A model generated the notes under the pieces. That model did not search any database and had not been told where the DNA came from. It saw only the letters and a list, made by a program, of their open reading frames with translations. From the NCBI RefSeq assembly GCF_001194135.2, contig NC_068983.1, positions 119,211,195 to 119,244,601 of the forward strand: DNA of 33,407 nucleotides. Reading direction: 5' to 3'. The stretch's first letter is position 1; each line of letters starts with the position of its first letter. Position numbers and translations under genes: made by a program. This document shows, one piece after another, positions 23,215 through 33,407 of this stretch. Origin of the DNA: Octopus bimaculoides. Taxonomy: Eukaryota.

Positions 23215-23425
23215 CATACAGACCTACAATTGCACAAACAGACAGATTCACAGACGCATAAACTCACAGACATACATACACACGGAAGCGTAAAAGATAA
23301 CACAGAGTAGCAGAAACCTAAAAGCACAGAACCTGAAAGCACAGACACACAGACACAACATGCAGACTTACAGTCGCACAAACATGCAGACCCGCAGACA
23401 AATAAACACACAGACATACAGCTAC
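23215..23425. repeat. Degenerate ACAGAC/ACAC-rich tandem array
   Basis: Recurrent acagac and cacaga units. Confidence 0.75.
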
Positions 23426-23510
23426 AAATAAACCCAGCGCTCCAATGGTGAACTATGAGGAAATTAAGAAATATATAAAATGGTAAGTAGAGTTTTATGT
23501 TGTAAAGAAC

Positions 23511-23620
23511 TGTTGAGATAATTGTGAAAAAAACTTTTGATGTTGAAACAATTTTGAAAAGACTGTGGAGAGAATTGTGAAAAGAGCTTTTGAAAATGTT
23601 GAAACAATTTTGAAAAGAAG
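23511..23620. repeat. Tandem duplication of about 53-57 bp (TGTTGAAACAATTTTGAAAAGA core)
   Basis: Units begin at 23511 and 23564. Confidence 0.75.
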
Positions 23621-25123
23621 TGTTGAAATAACTGAAATAACGTAACCACACCAGAGCGGAGCTGGGGTGGCCGTCCCATCTTCATTGTATAATGTTCCAT
23701 TCTTTCATGTGTTGATCGTCCCCACATGTGTGTATTGTCCCATCTATGTTTAGCCCCTTGTGGGTAATAAATAAATCAATTGCAGACAGAAAGCGCTTGC
23801 ATAAAAATCTTCTTCCTATCTTCATCAGGTCTGTGTTAATCTGGATTTTGAAAGACAATATTTCAATATATTTTTCATACATATGTGTATATATGTATAT
23901 ATGGTAACTGTGAATACGCAAACGATTATGATCATGACGGATCTGCTCAGGAACAGATCCACCATGACTAACAAATTATCTTATTCAAGATATCAAAGAC
24001 AACAGCTGTCAGCATTGCCCGTGCTGAAATTTAAAGTCAATAACAGCTTGCACAACTCCGCTAGAACTCTCGCCTACAAAGACAAGTAGTTCAGAAACAA
24101 GCAGAAGCATGTCTGGCTTCGCAGTGAGGCTGGTGTTATTTCGAAATTTTCTTCTCGTAGATCTCTTACTCCAGATGTTGGATAATTGTTGATTCTACTA
24201 AATTCATCCATCTTTTGACAGGCTTCTTTTTCTTGTTTTGACTTCCAGGGTGTCCAACAAAAACCACCCTCCTTACGAAGTCGGCTTAATAGGGTTACCG
24301 GTTTAGTCGCCGAAGGGACCGAGAGTGCGACAGTGTGACAGCCTAACAGTGCAACAGTCTGTACTGGGCTACATGTTACCAATAACGCTAAGAATGACTT
24401 AACATAAGTTTTATTTCGTCGAAACAGCATTGTTATAAGCACCAAAAGTCTGAAATGAGATCAATTTCTCTGTAACCAAAACTCTGTTCAGTTATTAATA
24501 CCGTGTAAAGTCGAAATAAGGGGTGCTCGGTTGGGAGAATTGTAAGAGCGTTCAACAAATATCTTGCGAAATTTGTTCCAGCCCTTTGTGTACTAAGTTC
24601 AAATCCAGCTGGGGCTAACTACGGTTGTCATTTTCCCAAAGTCGATGAATAATGAACCAGGTTCTCTCTCTCAAAGGGTCCATTTTCTTCAAGATAACTG
24701 CTTTCAGTCTATTGCAGCGAGATAAGCGTGGTCACTGCAACTTTGGCAGAATATTTCACATAGTGATGATGAAAGGCGAAATATGTATTGTAGCTCATGA
24801 GTGTGAATTTGTGACTAGACGTTTAACGAAGTTCCTCAACAGGAATTTGTTTGGCTTCGTTTTTTTTTCGCTGTTGTTCTTTGGCTCCAGATCAGCACTA
24901 ATTGAGGAATTGTTCCAGCCGTGGTCATCCCATCTTACCTTTTCGTTTATGTAAGACTGCTTTAGTCAATGTATTCTTCTTCTTTTATGATTGTAACATA
25001 TGATCAGAGAAAATATGGCCACTTTTTATAGCAGGACAAGCAAGTGCATGGAGGCTCTTTCGGTGATTCAGCAGTGGATCTTATTCCATTCTATTTTATT
25101 TTATTTTTGTTGCCGTCTCTCAG

Positions 25124-25243
25124 ATTACGGTCAGGAAGAGATGCAACTTCTAAGAAAAGTTACCTACAACAAACTATTGTATTTATCAAGGGAAGTTTTA
25201 ATCTGCATAGAACAACTACTAGCCTTGTCACTGATACCCCGTG
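25124..25243 (+). CDS. Candidate 120-nt symmetric exon
   Basis: Long pyrimidine tract ending gtctctcag, donor GTG|gtacgt; phase-1 frame YGQEEMQLLRKVTYNKLLYLSREVLICIEQLLALSLIPR. A second frame is also open. Confidence 0.35.
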
Positions 25244-27184
25244 GTACGTGAAAGGATTTAAGGGCTCCTACTATGGTTATGGGAGTACCAAAATATTATG
25301 GCGAACGATACAAGATTAGAAGTAACATTGGTTTCGATTACTGATTATAGTAATTTTCTTTCAGTTACATCATTTATACATTTGACATATAATAATCTCA
25401 ACATCATAAATTTTTATTGTCAAACAATCTAAGAAATATCAACATGATGCAGCAAACAGTACAACTTACCCTAGCTCCTGACAAACCAAATAGTTGTAAG
25501 CAGTGGCTAAAAGACAAGTATACCACACATCCATACCATTCTGCATGATAAATCAAGTGTTTCCTTTTTTAATGTAAAGAACCAATATTAGATCAAAATA
25601 TTGAGGAAAATCAAGACAGTGATATATCTAAAATATTAACTTTTCTTTCTGTTTATAAAACAGAACATTTTATTTGAAAATATATCGTCTATCAAACATA
25701 TACACTAAGGTTTGCAAATATTCGATGTTAATTTTACATGATTTTTTTTTCCTCCTCTGTGCACAGCATTTCCACTGATTAAACTACATCTGCCCCACAT
25801 ATTGACATCACTTGCATAAAAAATACTTAAAGTTCTGTAATAACTATTGCTTATATCGTATAATCTTCTCGAAATAAAAAAATAGAAAATGTTCTACGGA
25901 ATTGCTTTTAGAAAAGAATACTAGTTTTTTTTTTCTGACTTTAAGAGGAAAGCTCTAGAACATCTCAGTAACTGCAAAACAAAAGAATTGTTTATTTGAG
26001 GATACAGGTGAAGTAAATTGAGACAAATAATAAAGACTATTTTTTATCTGTCAAAATGGTAGGTAGGGATGAAGGTGATCGAGTTAATTGTTTACAGACC
26101 GACATAGACACTGCGTTACATTCAATATAAAAATACTTAACTCTCAATTACTTTCCAACAAGATAAAAACATTAGCCATACGTGGGTGGGACATACACAC
26201 CACGGCAACATGTGCAGGATAACTGCATAAATTATGAATATTTGGTAGCTTGCAATTATTATTTATAATCCTCTCTTGGATTGGATATCAATCCATTTTA
26301 TTTCAAACAAGAGATCAAGTAATACATCTGATTAGAAGAAAATTAATCTTTACTAGGGCATATGGCAGTAAATAGAGAAAATGTATATGGAATCGATAAT
26401 ATCAACTAAAAGGAGATTAAGCTTTTTAGATATTAGGCATGAGGTAGTTTGCGTTGTGGCGTATGTGACTTTCTGAAATGTATTAATAATATGAATAAAA
26501 TGGATGCAATCAGAAACGAAAATTGTTCCCTGGGATCAGTTGATCAGAAGTAGAGTGTGTGCGTGTGTCATACGGACTGCTGCATTCCCAAAATCTGGTT
26601 CTGAGTGAGTTTATGCCATATTCCTTGTAATAACACATTTCTAGCAATAGTAATTATTGATATCTGAATAATAATAATTCGCTTTTGACATATTCCCAAA
26701 ACTCTTCTTTGGTAATTTTATGCAAACTCCAGTTTAACAATAGTTACACTCTACGGTACACACAAACAAACACACACACACACATATACATACACACATA
26801 TATATATATAACGATTTCGGGCTATTTGTGTCCATCATCAATGGTGAACGTCAAACCACTAACAAACTATACTGAGAGGTAATGTTTATCGCCACACCAG
26901 CATGGCTCTTTGACGTTGCTACTGTTTTTAATCCCTAAGAATCCTGGGATTAAAAACGGTAGAAACGTCGAACAGCCACATCGATGTGGTGATAAACATT
27001 ACTTCTATAAATATATTTATTTCAAATATCGACGAAATCACTGACACTGGTCGAGCATTTCGATTAAGCAAATGTAAGATTTTTGTCAAGCCCTGAGTGG
27101 AACCCAACCGAATATAGGTGGATACAATAGACTGAAGGTGGAATTATCTGTAATAACAAAGACTTGATTGAATAAATTTGACCT

Positions 27185-27445
27185 GGCTGTGTGGTAAGAA
27201 ACTTTCTTCCCAACCACATGGTCCAGGGCACCTTTGGAGGTGTCTTCTATTATAGCCTCGGGCCGACCAAAGCCGTCTGAGTGGATCTGGCAGACGGAAG
27301 CTGAAAGAAACCCGCCGTATATATATATATGTATATATATGTATGTATATATTTGTGTATGTTTTTGTTTCTGTTTGTCCCCTCCCAACATCACTTGACA
27401 ACTGATGCTAATGTGTTTACGTCTCAGTAACTTAGCGGTTCGACA
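27185..27445 (+). mobile_element. tRNA-derived SINE, family A (B box deleted)
   Basis: TGGCTGTGTGGTAAG head, GTGTCTTCTATTATAGCCTCGGGCCGACCAAAGCC body, internal TA/TG tract. Confidence 0.85.
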
Positions 27446-28137
27446 GTAGTAACTGTTTTCACCTCAATAGACGTCATTGATTGGTTGAAATTACCGAAAT
27501 ACGACAACTTTAACACGAAGTAACTTCGAAAATAAAGACTTTTCTTAAAAACGCCAAGAGTAAATGATGTTTTAAATGACACATTCTACCAGTATACAAA
27601 TTTGAAAGCGTTTAGTTACAAAAAATTATTTTTTCTATGTGCCGGCCAAAAGGAAAAGATCCCAAGACCGTAAACTGCCGGAACTGAAAGAATATCGGAC
27701 TGCATACCTAGTGGGTATTTGTTCGGGTTCTTTGCGTTCTAAGTTCAAATACCGCAATGGTCTACTTGTATGATAGATTTAATATAATGCCAGTTATCTT
27801 GGGCTACTTCAGAGGAATCTACATTGTTGCAACCATTCAGACCAAATTTTTGGTTTGACGATTCCGACTGTCAGTGCCAGAGGCTTTCACGCCAGGCTTT
27901 AAAAAAAAAAGGTAAGAAAGAAATACTATTTGAGGAGGTATTCTTCAGCACACTGAATAATCAGCAGTAAATCAAACGAACGTTTATTCTTCATTCTGTG
28001 TAATGGACTTCGATGCACTCGAAATTTAATCATTGGGTGTACTCGATGTCTAATCATTAACAAACGTCTATTAAATAACGGAATTATCCTTTCAAATTTA
28101 AGCACGCGACCAGCCAATACCATCGACACCAATACGA

Positions 28138-28263
28138 GGTTGGTACTTTATTTTACTGATCCCGAAATGATGAGCGGTGGAATTTGAACTTAGAATGTAC
28201 TGGTGGAAGAGATACCGCGTGGCATTTTTCTCGACGCTCTAACGATTCTGCCAATTAACCGCC
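28138..28263 (-). mobile_element. SINE family B, degenerate
   Basis: ggaatttgaacttagaatg...ctctaacgattctgccaat on the plus strand. Confidence 0.65.
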
Positions 28264-28620
28264 CTATAATGGGTTATAGACTAATAAATTACCATGAGCT
28301 CAAAAAAGTAAACGAGATTAAAATTTAAAATTAGCATTTATTTTAAGTCGAGCACTTGTCCATTGCCACGGCGAGGTGATATCATGCAGCTACAAATAGA
28401 TATAAGATTTTTAAAAATCCCTTAAAATCATATACGTTTTGAATACATTTTACAAGCCTTGATATATCCAATCTTAACCATGTTTTTTCCCCGTCAATTA
28501 AATTCTGCTTAAAAGATATTGGTCAACCTAATCTTGTGGCAGAACACACGTTACCAATATGCTGCGCTGATATATCGCGGTTTCGAAATTAACTTTTTAT
28601 TAACCATACAACCACGTCTG

Positions 28621-28841
28621 TAATATTGATTTCAAATTTTAGCACAAGGCCAGCAATTTCAGGAAAGGAGTTAAGTCGATAACATCGACCCCAAAGTTAA
28701 ACTAGTACTTAGTTTTTCGACCCCGAAAGGATGAAAGGCAAAGTCGACCTAGGTGGAATTTGAACTCAAATAGTAAAGAAGGATGAATTGCCGTTAGGCA
28801 TTTTGCCCGGCGTGCTAACGATTCTGCTAGCCCGCTACCTT
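28621..28841 (-). mobile_element. SINE family B, near full length
   Basis: cgaccccgaaaggatgaaaggcaaagtcgacctaggtggaatttgaactc...cgtgctaacgattctgctagcccgc. Confidence 0.85.
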
Positions 28842-29530
28842 AAACCCACGCCTGTAATATTTCAACAAGAAACTTGCTTTTTCAGGATATCAATAACTTA
28901 TCAAGAATTCCACCAACTCAGAACACCGCTCTTTATCCAATAAACGTTTTCCATTCCTTTTACAAATATATCACATCCATATTCGTATGCACTGATTTAT
29001 ATGCACGTCATAATACTGAAAGAAATGAAATAATTCAACGATAATTACAGTGCTTGCAAGAAGAATGTCACAAAAGAATTGTCACACGTTTATTAATCCT
29101 TTGTAATTTTCAAATTCGTTTATTGGAAGCGAGCAAGTCAGAAAATATTTACAAAGCTTCTATGAGTTTGTTTAGTCACAAAATTCAATAAATCAATACA
29201 AGTGTTTCCTATTTTTCCTGCATCGTCCAATGTATAATGTATTTTATTGTTTTACTTTAGTTCCGCCTTTTCTATCTCTTCTGGAGAACTTCGAGTGAAA
29301 CTCAGCTACTTTTATTGGCTAAAAAAATCATCGATGAAGCAGTGACAAGCTGATAGGAACTAGGTAATACAATTGTAAGAAGAAAAATCTTCAAACAATG
29401 CAGTATACTTTCTGAAAACTATAAAAACTTTCTTAGTGTGTGTGTGTGTAGGCTTGTATTTGTTGTAGCTGGCCTAATCGATGAATTTCAGACAAACGCG
29501 TCGTAATTTATTACGTTGCACAGTACCAAA

Positions 29531-29650
29531 TACGGCCAAGCGATAGAGTCTTTAGAGCATCAGACAAAATACTTTGCGATATTTGTTCCGATTTTCTGTG
29601 TTTTAGTTCAAACACCGCCAAGGTCGTCTGTCATCCATTTGAATCGATAA
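29531..29650 (+). mobile_element. SINE family B-like, very degenerate
   Basis: ttagagcatcagacaaaatac...ttagttcaaacaccgccaaggtcg. Confidence 0.45.
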
Positions 29651-31232
29651 AGATGTATGAATCCAAGCCAATAGATTGGCAGGAATCTAAGAACATCGAA
29701 GTGGATATCATGTTGCATTTGTACTGGCTTTTTGTGTTCTAAGATCAGTCTTGCTGTGGCCTACTTGGGTGGTATAATTAACTAGGTACCCATTTTGACA
29801 CCGCCGCTCGGTATCTTGTGTGTTTTAACAGAGTCCACTCTGTTGCAGGTATTAGAGCCAAGTTTCTGATTTAAGGATACTTTCCGACCGACCGACCGAC
29901 CTATCTCAGAGACCCTGTAACAGGTCATGAGCTATACTTTCTAACCATACTAACAAAAAAAAAAAAGACATTGTACTCTCAACCATTTTATAATCAGAGG
30001 ATATATTATATAAATAGGTGGGTGTTTCCTTCGAAAGTCGCATACTTGTTGGCATTTGCCCTGTCTTAGTTCTTCAATTTCCTTTCTGCTTCGCAAAGCT
30101 TTCGATTCCAACCCTTTAACCGATGAATTTCTTGAACAATGATCGTAAATTACAAAATCTTTTCTCATCTTAAATTTCTTCATTTCTTCATTGACCGTCA
30201 ATACATATTCTGTGGAAACAACAGCATTATTGTTCTCAATAAAAGCTTCGAATGTATCCTCGACTGTTTTACTTCGTACTAAATATACTCACCTTTGCAC
30301 ATCTATGTATCATGCATGGTAATCTTGTTAAAACGCTTACTTTACAATCGTAGGATTTTGAGTTCGACGCCAAAGCTTTACACCTTAGCCAAGTGTTTAT
30401 AACAGTCTCATGTGACCGAAATCTTGTAAATGAAATTGAATAAAGGAAAACTGCGAAGAAGTCCAACGGATAGACAGTGTTTGTTTGTTGCAGATCTAGC
30501 CTATCGTTTTGTTTAATACCTCAATCTTATCCCCCCCTCCAAATGGCTTTAGCAGAATCTGCTCACACGCAAACACATAGGCCAAAACCTCGGATACCAC
30601 GATTCTCCTGAGGCGTTGCTTCTCACAGTAGAAACGCATGAGTCGTAGTTTCTTTAACCATTTATTTCAGAAGTCTTAGTGCGTTTGCAAAACATTAATG
30701 GATGCTACTCTTACTTTGACTAAACCATTAAAAAATATGCATTTTTCTTAATAATGTAGTCCTCTTAGCGTAAGCACCTTAGAATTTTCAATAGTTTAAA
30801 TTTAGGATTTCAGTAGAGCAATTTTGTAGAATCAGTTCCTCTTTATTTTCTAAAATTAACTCACAAGAAAGAAAACTAAGATGCAATATACTTCTTTTAC
30901 ATTATTATTCTTTTCTTTAACATTTTAAGATCAATCGCATATTTTTGGTTTGGAATATCAGCACGTTTCAATGATCCACTGCCTCAATGAATAAACTCAA
31001 CTCAAAAAATCAGATACTTTGCTCGAAACGCTAGATTTTTCTCATCTTTCCTGGAGTCATATTAACATTACCTGTCCATGTTTATCGCCATTAGTCTCCT
31101 CCAATTCTACAGCTTAATTTCGAATTTGCACAAGACTCGATCATCATTCAGATGTCTTTTTCCATAATAATTTCATTGGCTAATCAAAAATGAACTTAGT
31201 TTTTTAAATGTTGTAATTGAAAAATGAGGTGC

Positions 31233-32182
31233 TTCACTGATTCCACCTACCTATACGGTTACTATATTAGCGAATGTACAACTATCTCGGTGCCGTCTTC
31301 CTTACCAGTGAACAGCTCAACTTCTTAATCGCTTTCGTCATCTTTTAAAATTTTACCCAAGATAGAATACTTGCTACTGTAATGAAAATATCTGAAAATC
31401 TAAAATAATGTCACTTTTAGCTGAATAGAAGATGCTTCGAGAATGAGGAAATAAATTTGTAAATAAGACCAATCTTTAAAATATTTGATGCTACTTTAAG
31501 AAAAATGTAAGAATTACTTTTATGAGACAAAATGAGTTTACAAGCTAATTACTAGTCAAACTGTCGTTGGTCAGTACCTCATCACCGGTGTTTCGTTATT
31601 TCCTTGATAAAGACATTGGCTAAGTTCAACTTCGCTGCAAATAGCTACTCTAGGATGTCACTCTTATTGTAACCGAACGTTGTAACATTAATAGTTACAT
31701 ATGGTTATAGCTCTGCCCTCAAATATTCATGGAACCGCCTTCGCATTTTGTCACTTCAACTATTTCTCCTTGCCCATGGCGCTTCTCAAGCCTGTTTTAC
31801 TTATGGAAATTAAGTTCTGCTGTACCTATCTGCCACGACGATGATAGTCTAATCCCTAAAATATTTCTTTGACGGTCGTATCCCACTAGAATCCAGCAAT
31901 CCTAATTTTCATCGCCTCGCTCATCTCATTTTCACTTTCGAGTGCTTTTCCTGTTCTCAGAGTTAAGAGGTGACCAAAGAACCGTAATAGATCCATCTCA
32001 AATGCAGCTACATGTTTGTTGCTTCTATTAAAGTTAACATCTTCACACAGTTCACTGAATCCACCCACCCATACGGTTACTATATTAGCGAATGTACAAC
32101 TGTCTTGGTGCCATCTTCCTTACCAGCGAGCAGCTCAACTTCTTAATCGCTTTCGTCAACTTTTTAAAATTTTACCCGAGAT
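31233..32182. repeat. 131-bp direct repeat pair (31233-31363 and 32051-32182)
   Basis: Shared ATACGGTTACTATATTAGCGAATGTACAACT...CAGCTCAACTTCTTAATCGCTTTCGTCA with few mismatches. Confidence 0.9.
31886..32068 (-). mobile_element. Possible LINE RT C-terminal remnant
   Basis: LCEDVNFNRSNKHVAAFEMDLLRFFG resembles the RTE-type CE.W......L.AFEM...R motif. Confidence 0.35.
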
Positions 32183-32215
32183 CTCACATTAACCATTACC
32201 ACTACTTGTGCTAAC

Positions 32216-32660
32216 TTCCAGGACATCGTCTATATTGATCATGCTAACTTCTCAACGTCTGTTTTTCACAATCACACCAACTCCCACCCATTTTGCTATT
32301 TCACTGCATTCATTCCCACTCATACCAAATCCGTTATCCACTGCTTGCATTGCCTTCACCTTCATCGCCTTTGTAATTATGACTTCGAATCTGATATTTG
32401 CTTGCATCCACTACTTATCACAGTACTTCCCCACTCCCGATCAGCCGTTATTAATTTCTGACATCATTCCCTCATTGTTGACCATGTCTCTGCACTCATG
32501 CACCACGTTACAACTGATCACCTTCCATGTCTCACCAACTATCCCGCCATATACCCTATCCAGTGTACCATTTTACCGCACTTCCACGTTCTCCACTCTG
32601 ACCCTTTTATTTGTCATATCACCCGGAACACCTTCTTTATTTCTGATACTATCACAATCT
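32216..32660 (+). mobile_element. Highly decayed PLE RT C-terminus/thumb
   Basis: FQDI...STSVFHNHTNSH...PTHTKS...LHLHRLC resembles FLDI..STSVFYKPTDSH..HPxHTK..LRLRRLC; later TNYPAIYPIQCTILPHFHVLHSDP resembles TYHP..PIQ..I.RHF..LQ.DP. One frame with one stop. Confidence 0.65.
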
Positions 32661-32891
32661 CTCGTCACTCTTTACCCTGTTGCGACACTTTTCCTTTCAT
32701 CCAGAACATCATTATACTGCTGGATGAACATCTTCGATTTTGCTGACCGTTTCACTTTTAATAGCAAGAATATTATTTAATGCATAACATACAAGTTTTG
32801 AGGTGGCGTGTTCGGTGTTGGACAAACAGGTTGCAGTTGAATTCATATTAGAGAGTGCCTTTTAGATGCTTGTTGCAACACTTCAATTTTC

Positions 32892-32939
32892 CTATCCACA
32901 CCTCCCTACACACAGCGGTGTGTAGGGAGGTGTGGATAG
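32892..32939. repeat. Perfect 22-bp inverted repeat with a 4-nt loop
   Basis: CTATCCACACCTCCCTACACAC-agcg-GTGTGTAGGGAGGTGTGGATAG. Confidence 0.95.
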
Positions 32940-33017
32940 AGAAGAACTATTCATACTTTGGATCTCCTATTCACACTTGCACCGTAAACAACTAAATTTT
33001 TACCTTAACACAGCCAA

Positions 33018-33296
33018 GACAACAGCGACTCCAGTTTGACCCCTCCACTTTGCACCTCTTCCCTAACCGACCCCTCCCCTCCTTCAAACGCGCCCACAAC
33101 CTACGAGACCCCTTGGTCCACAGCTTTTTCACTAACCCAACCTCTCAACCAGGATCCTTCCTCTGCTCCCGCCCACGCTGCCGCCCTAGCCCTAACCTCT
33201 CCAACACAACCCTCCTCACCGGCACCCATCATTGACCCTATCAGATCACCGACTCCTTCACCTGCACCTCTACCAATGTCATCTACTGCATCTCCT

Positions 33297-33334
<38 letters not shown>

Positions 33335-33407
33335 ATCCTCTATACATCAGGAATGTCATCTACTGCATCTCCTGCTCTCTCTGCCCTTCTCCATACATCA
33401 GGCAAAC
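33018..33407 (+). mobile_element. PLE linker and GIY-YIG endonuclease fragment
   Basis: QRLQFDPSTLHLFPNRPLPSFKRAHNLRDPLV, Cys-rich linker C.RPRCR, then DSFTCTSTNVIYCISCSL...YIRQT (GIY-YIG motif with G to R); runs off the window end. Confidence 0.85.

Noticed and set aside
23215-23620. Repeat arrays as a CRISPR-like locus
   Set aside because: No constant repeat with unique spacers, no cas genes, and a eukaryotic context.
24074-24445. 123-aa minus-strand ORF (RKEGGF) as a Tx1 RT remnant or a gene
   Set aside because: A single weak motif; length is within chance range.
24652-24954. Minus-strand RLKAVI as a Tc1-type transposase C-terminus
   Set aside because: No TIR or catalytic motif found; many stops.
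32208-32780. 190-aa hydrophobic ORF as a membrane protein
   Set aside because: Alternate-frame product of a C/T-rich PLE remnant; the PLE motifs lie in a different frame.

Overview
Eukaryotic, AT-rich, repeat-dominated scaffold with four assembly gaps (1052-1703, 3495-3594, 5989-6344, 11528-12045). There is no prokaryotic operon, CRISPR array or rRNA. The tRNA-derived SINEs and dense (TA)n/(CA)n/(GATA)n tracts resemble coleoid cephalopod (Octopus-like) DNA; this is from recall and not verified. Most recognisable content is decayed mobile DNA: a Penelope-like element (PLE) RT fragment with inverted/tandem pseudo-LTR repeats carrying a type I hammerhead ribozyme motif (1704-3494), two more PLE fragments (32216-33407), a full-length decayed mariner (20249-21495), the 3' end of an RTE-type LINE with three C2H2 fingers, a non-LTR ORF1 remnant with a CCHC knuckle, a foldback element and many SINEs. 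The only long intact frame is a 347-codon minus-strand ORF (16522-17565) I cannot assign to a family; it may be the terminal exon of a spliced host gene. All family assignments come from motif reading by eye.
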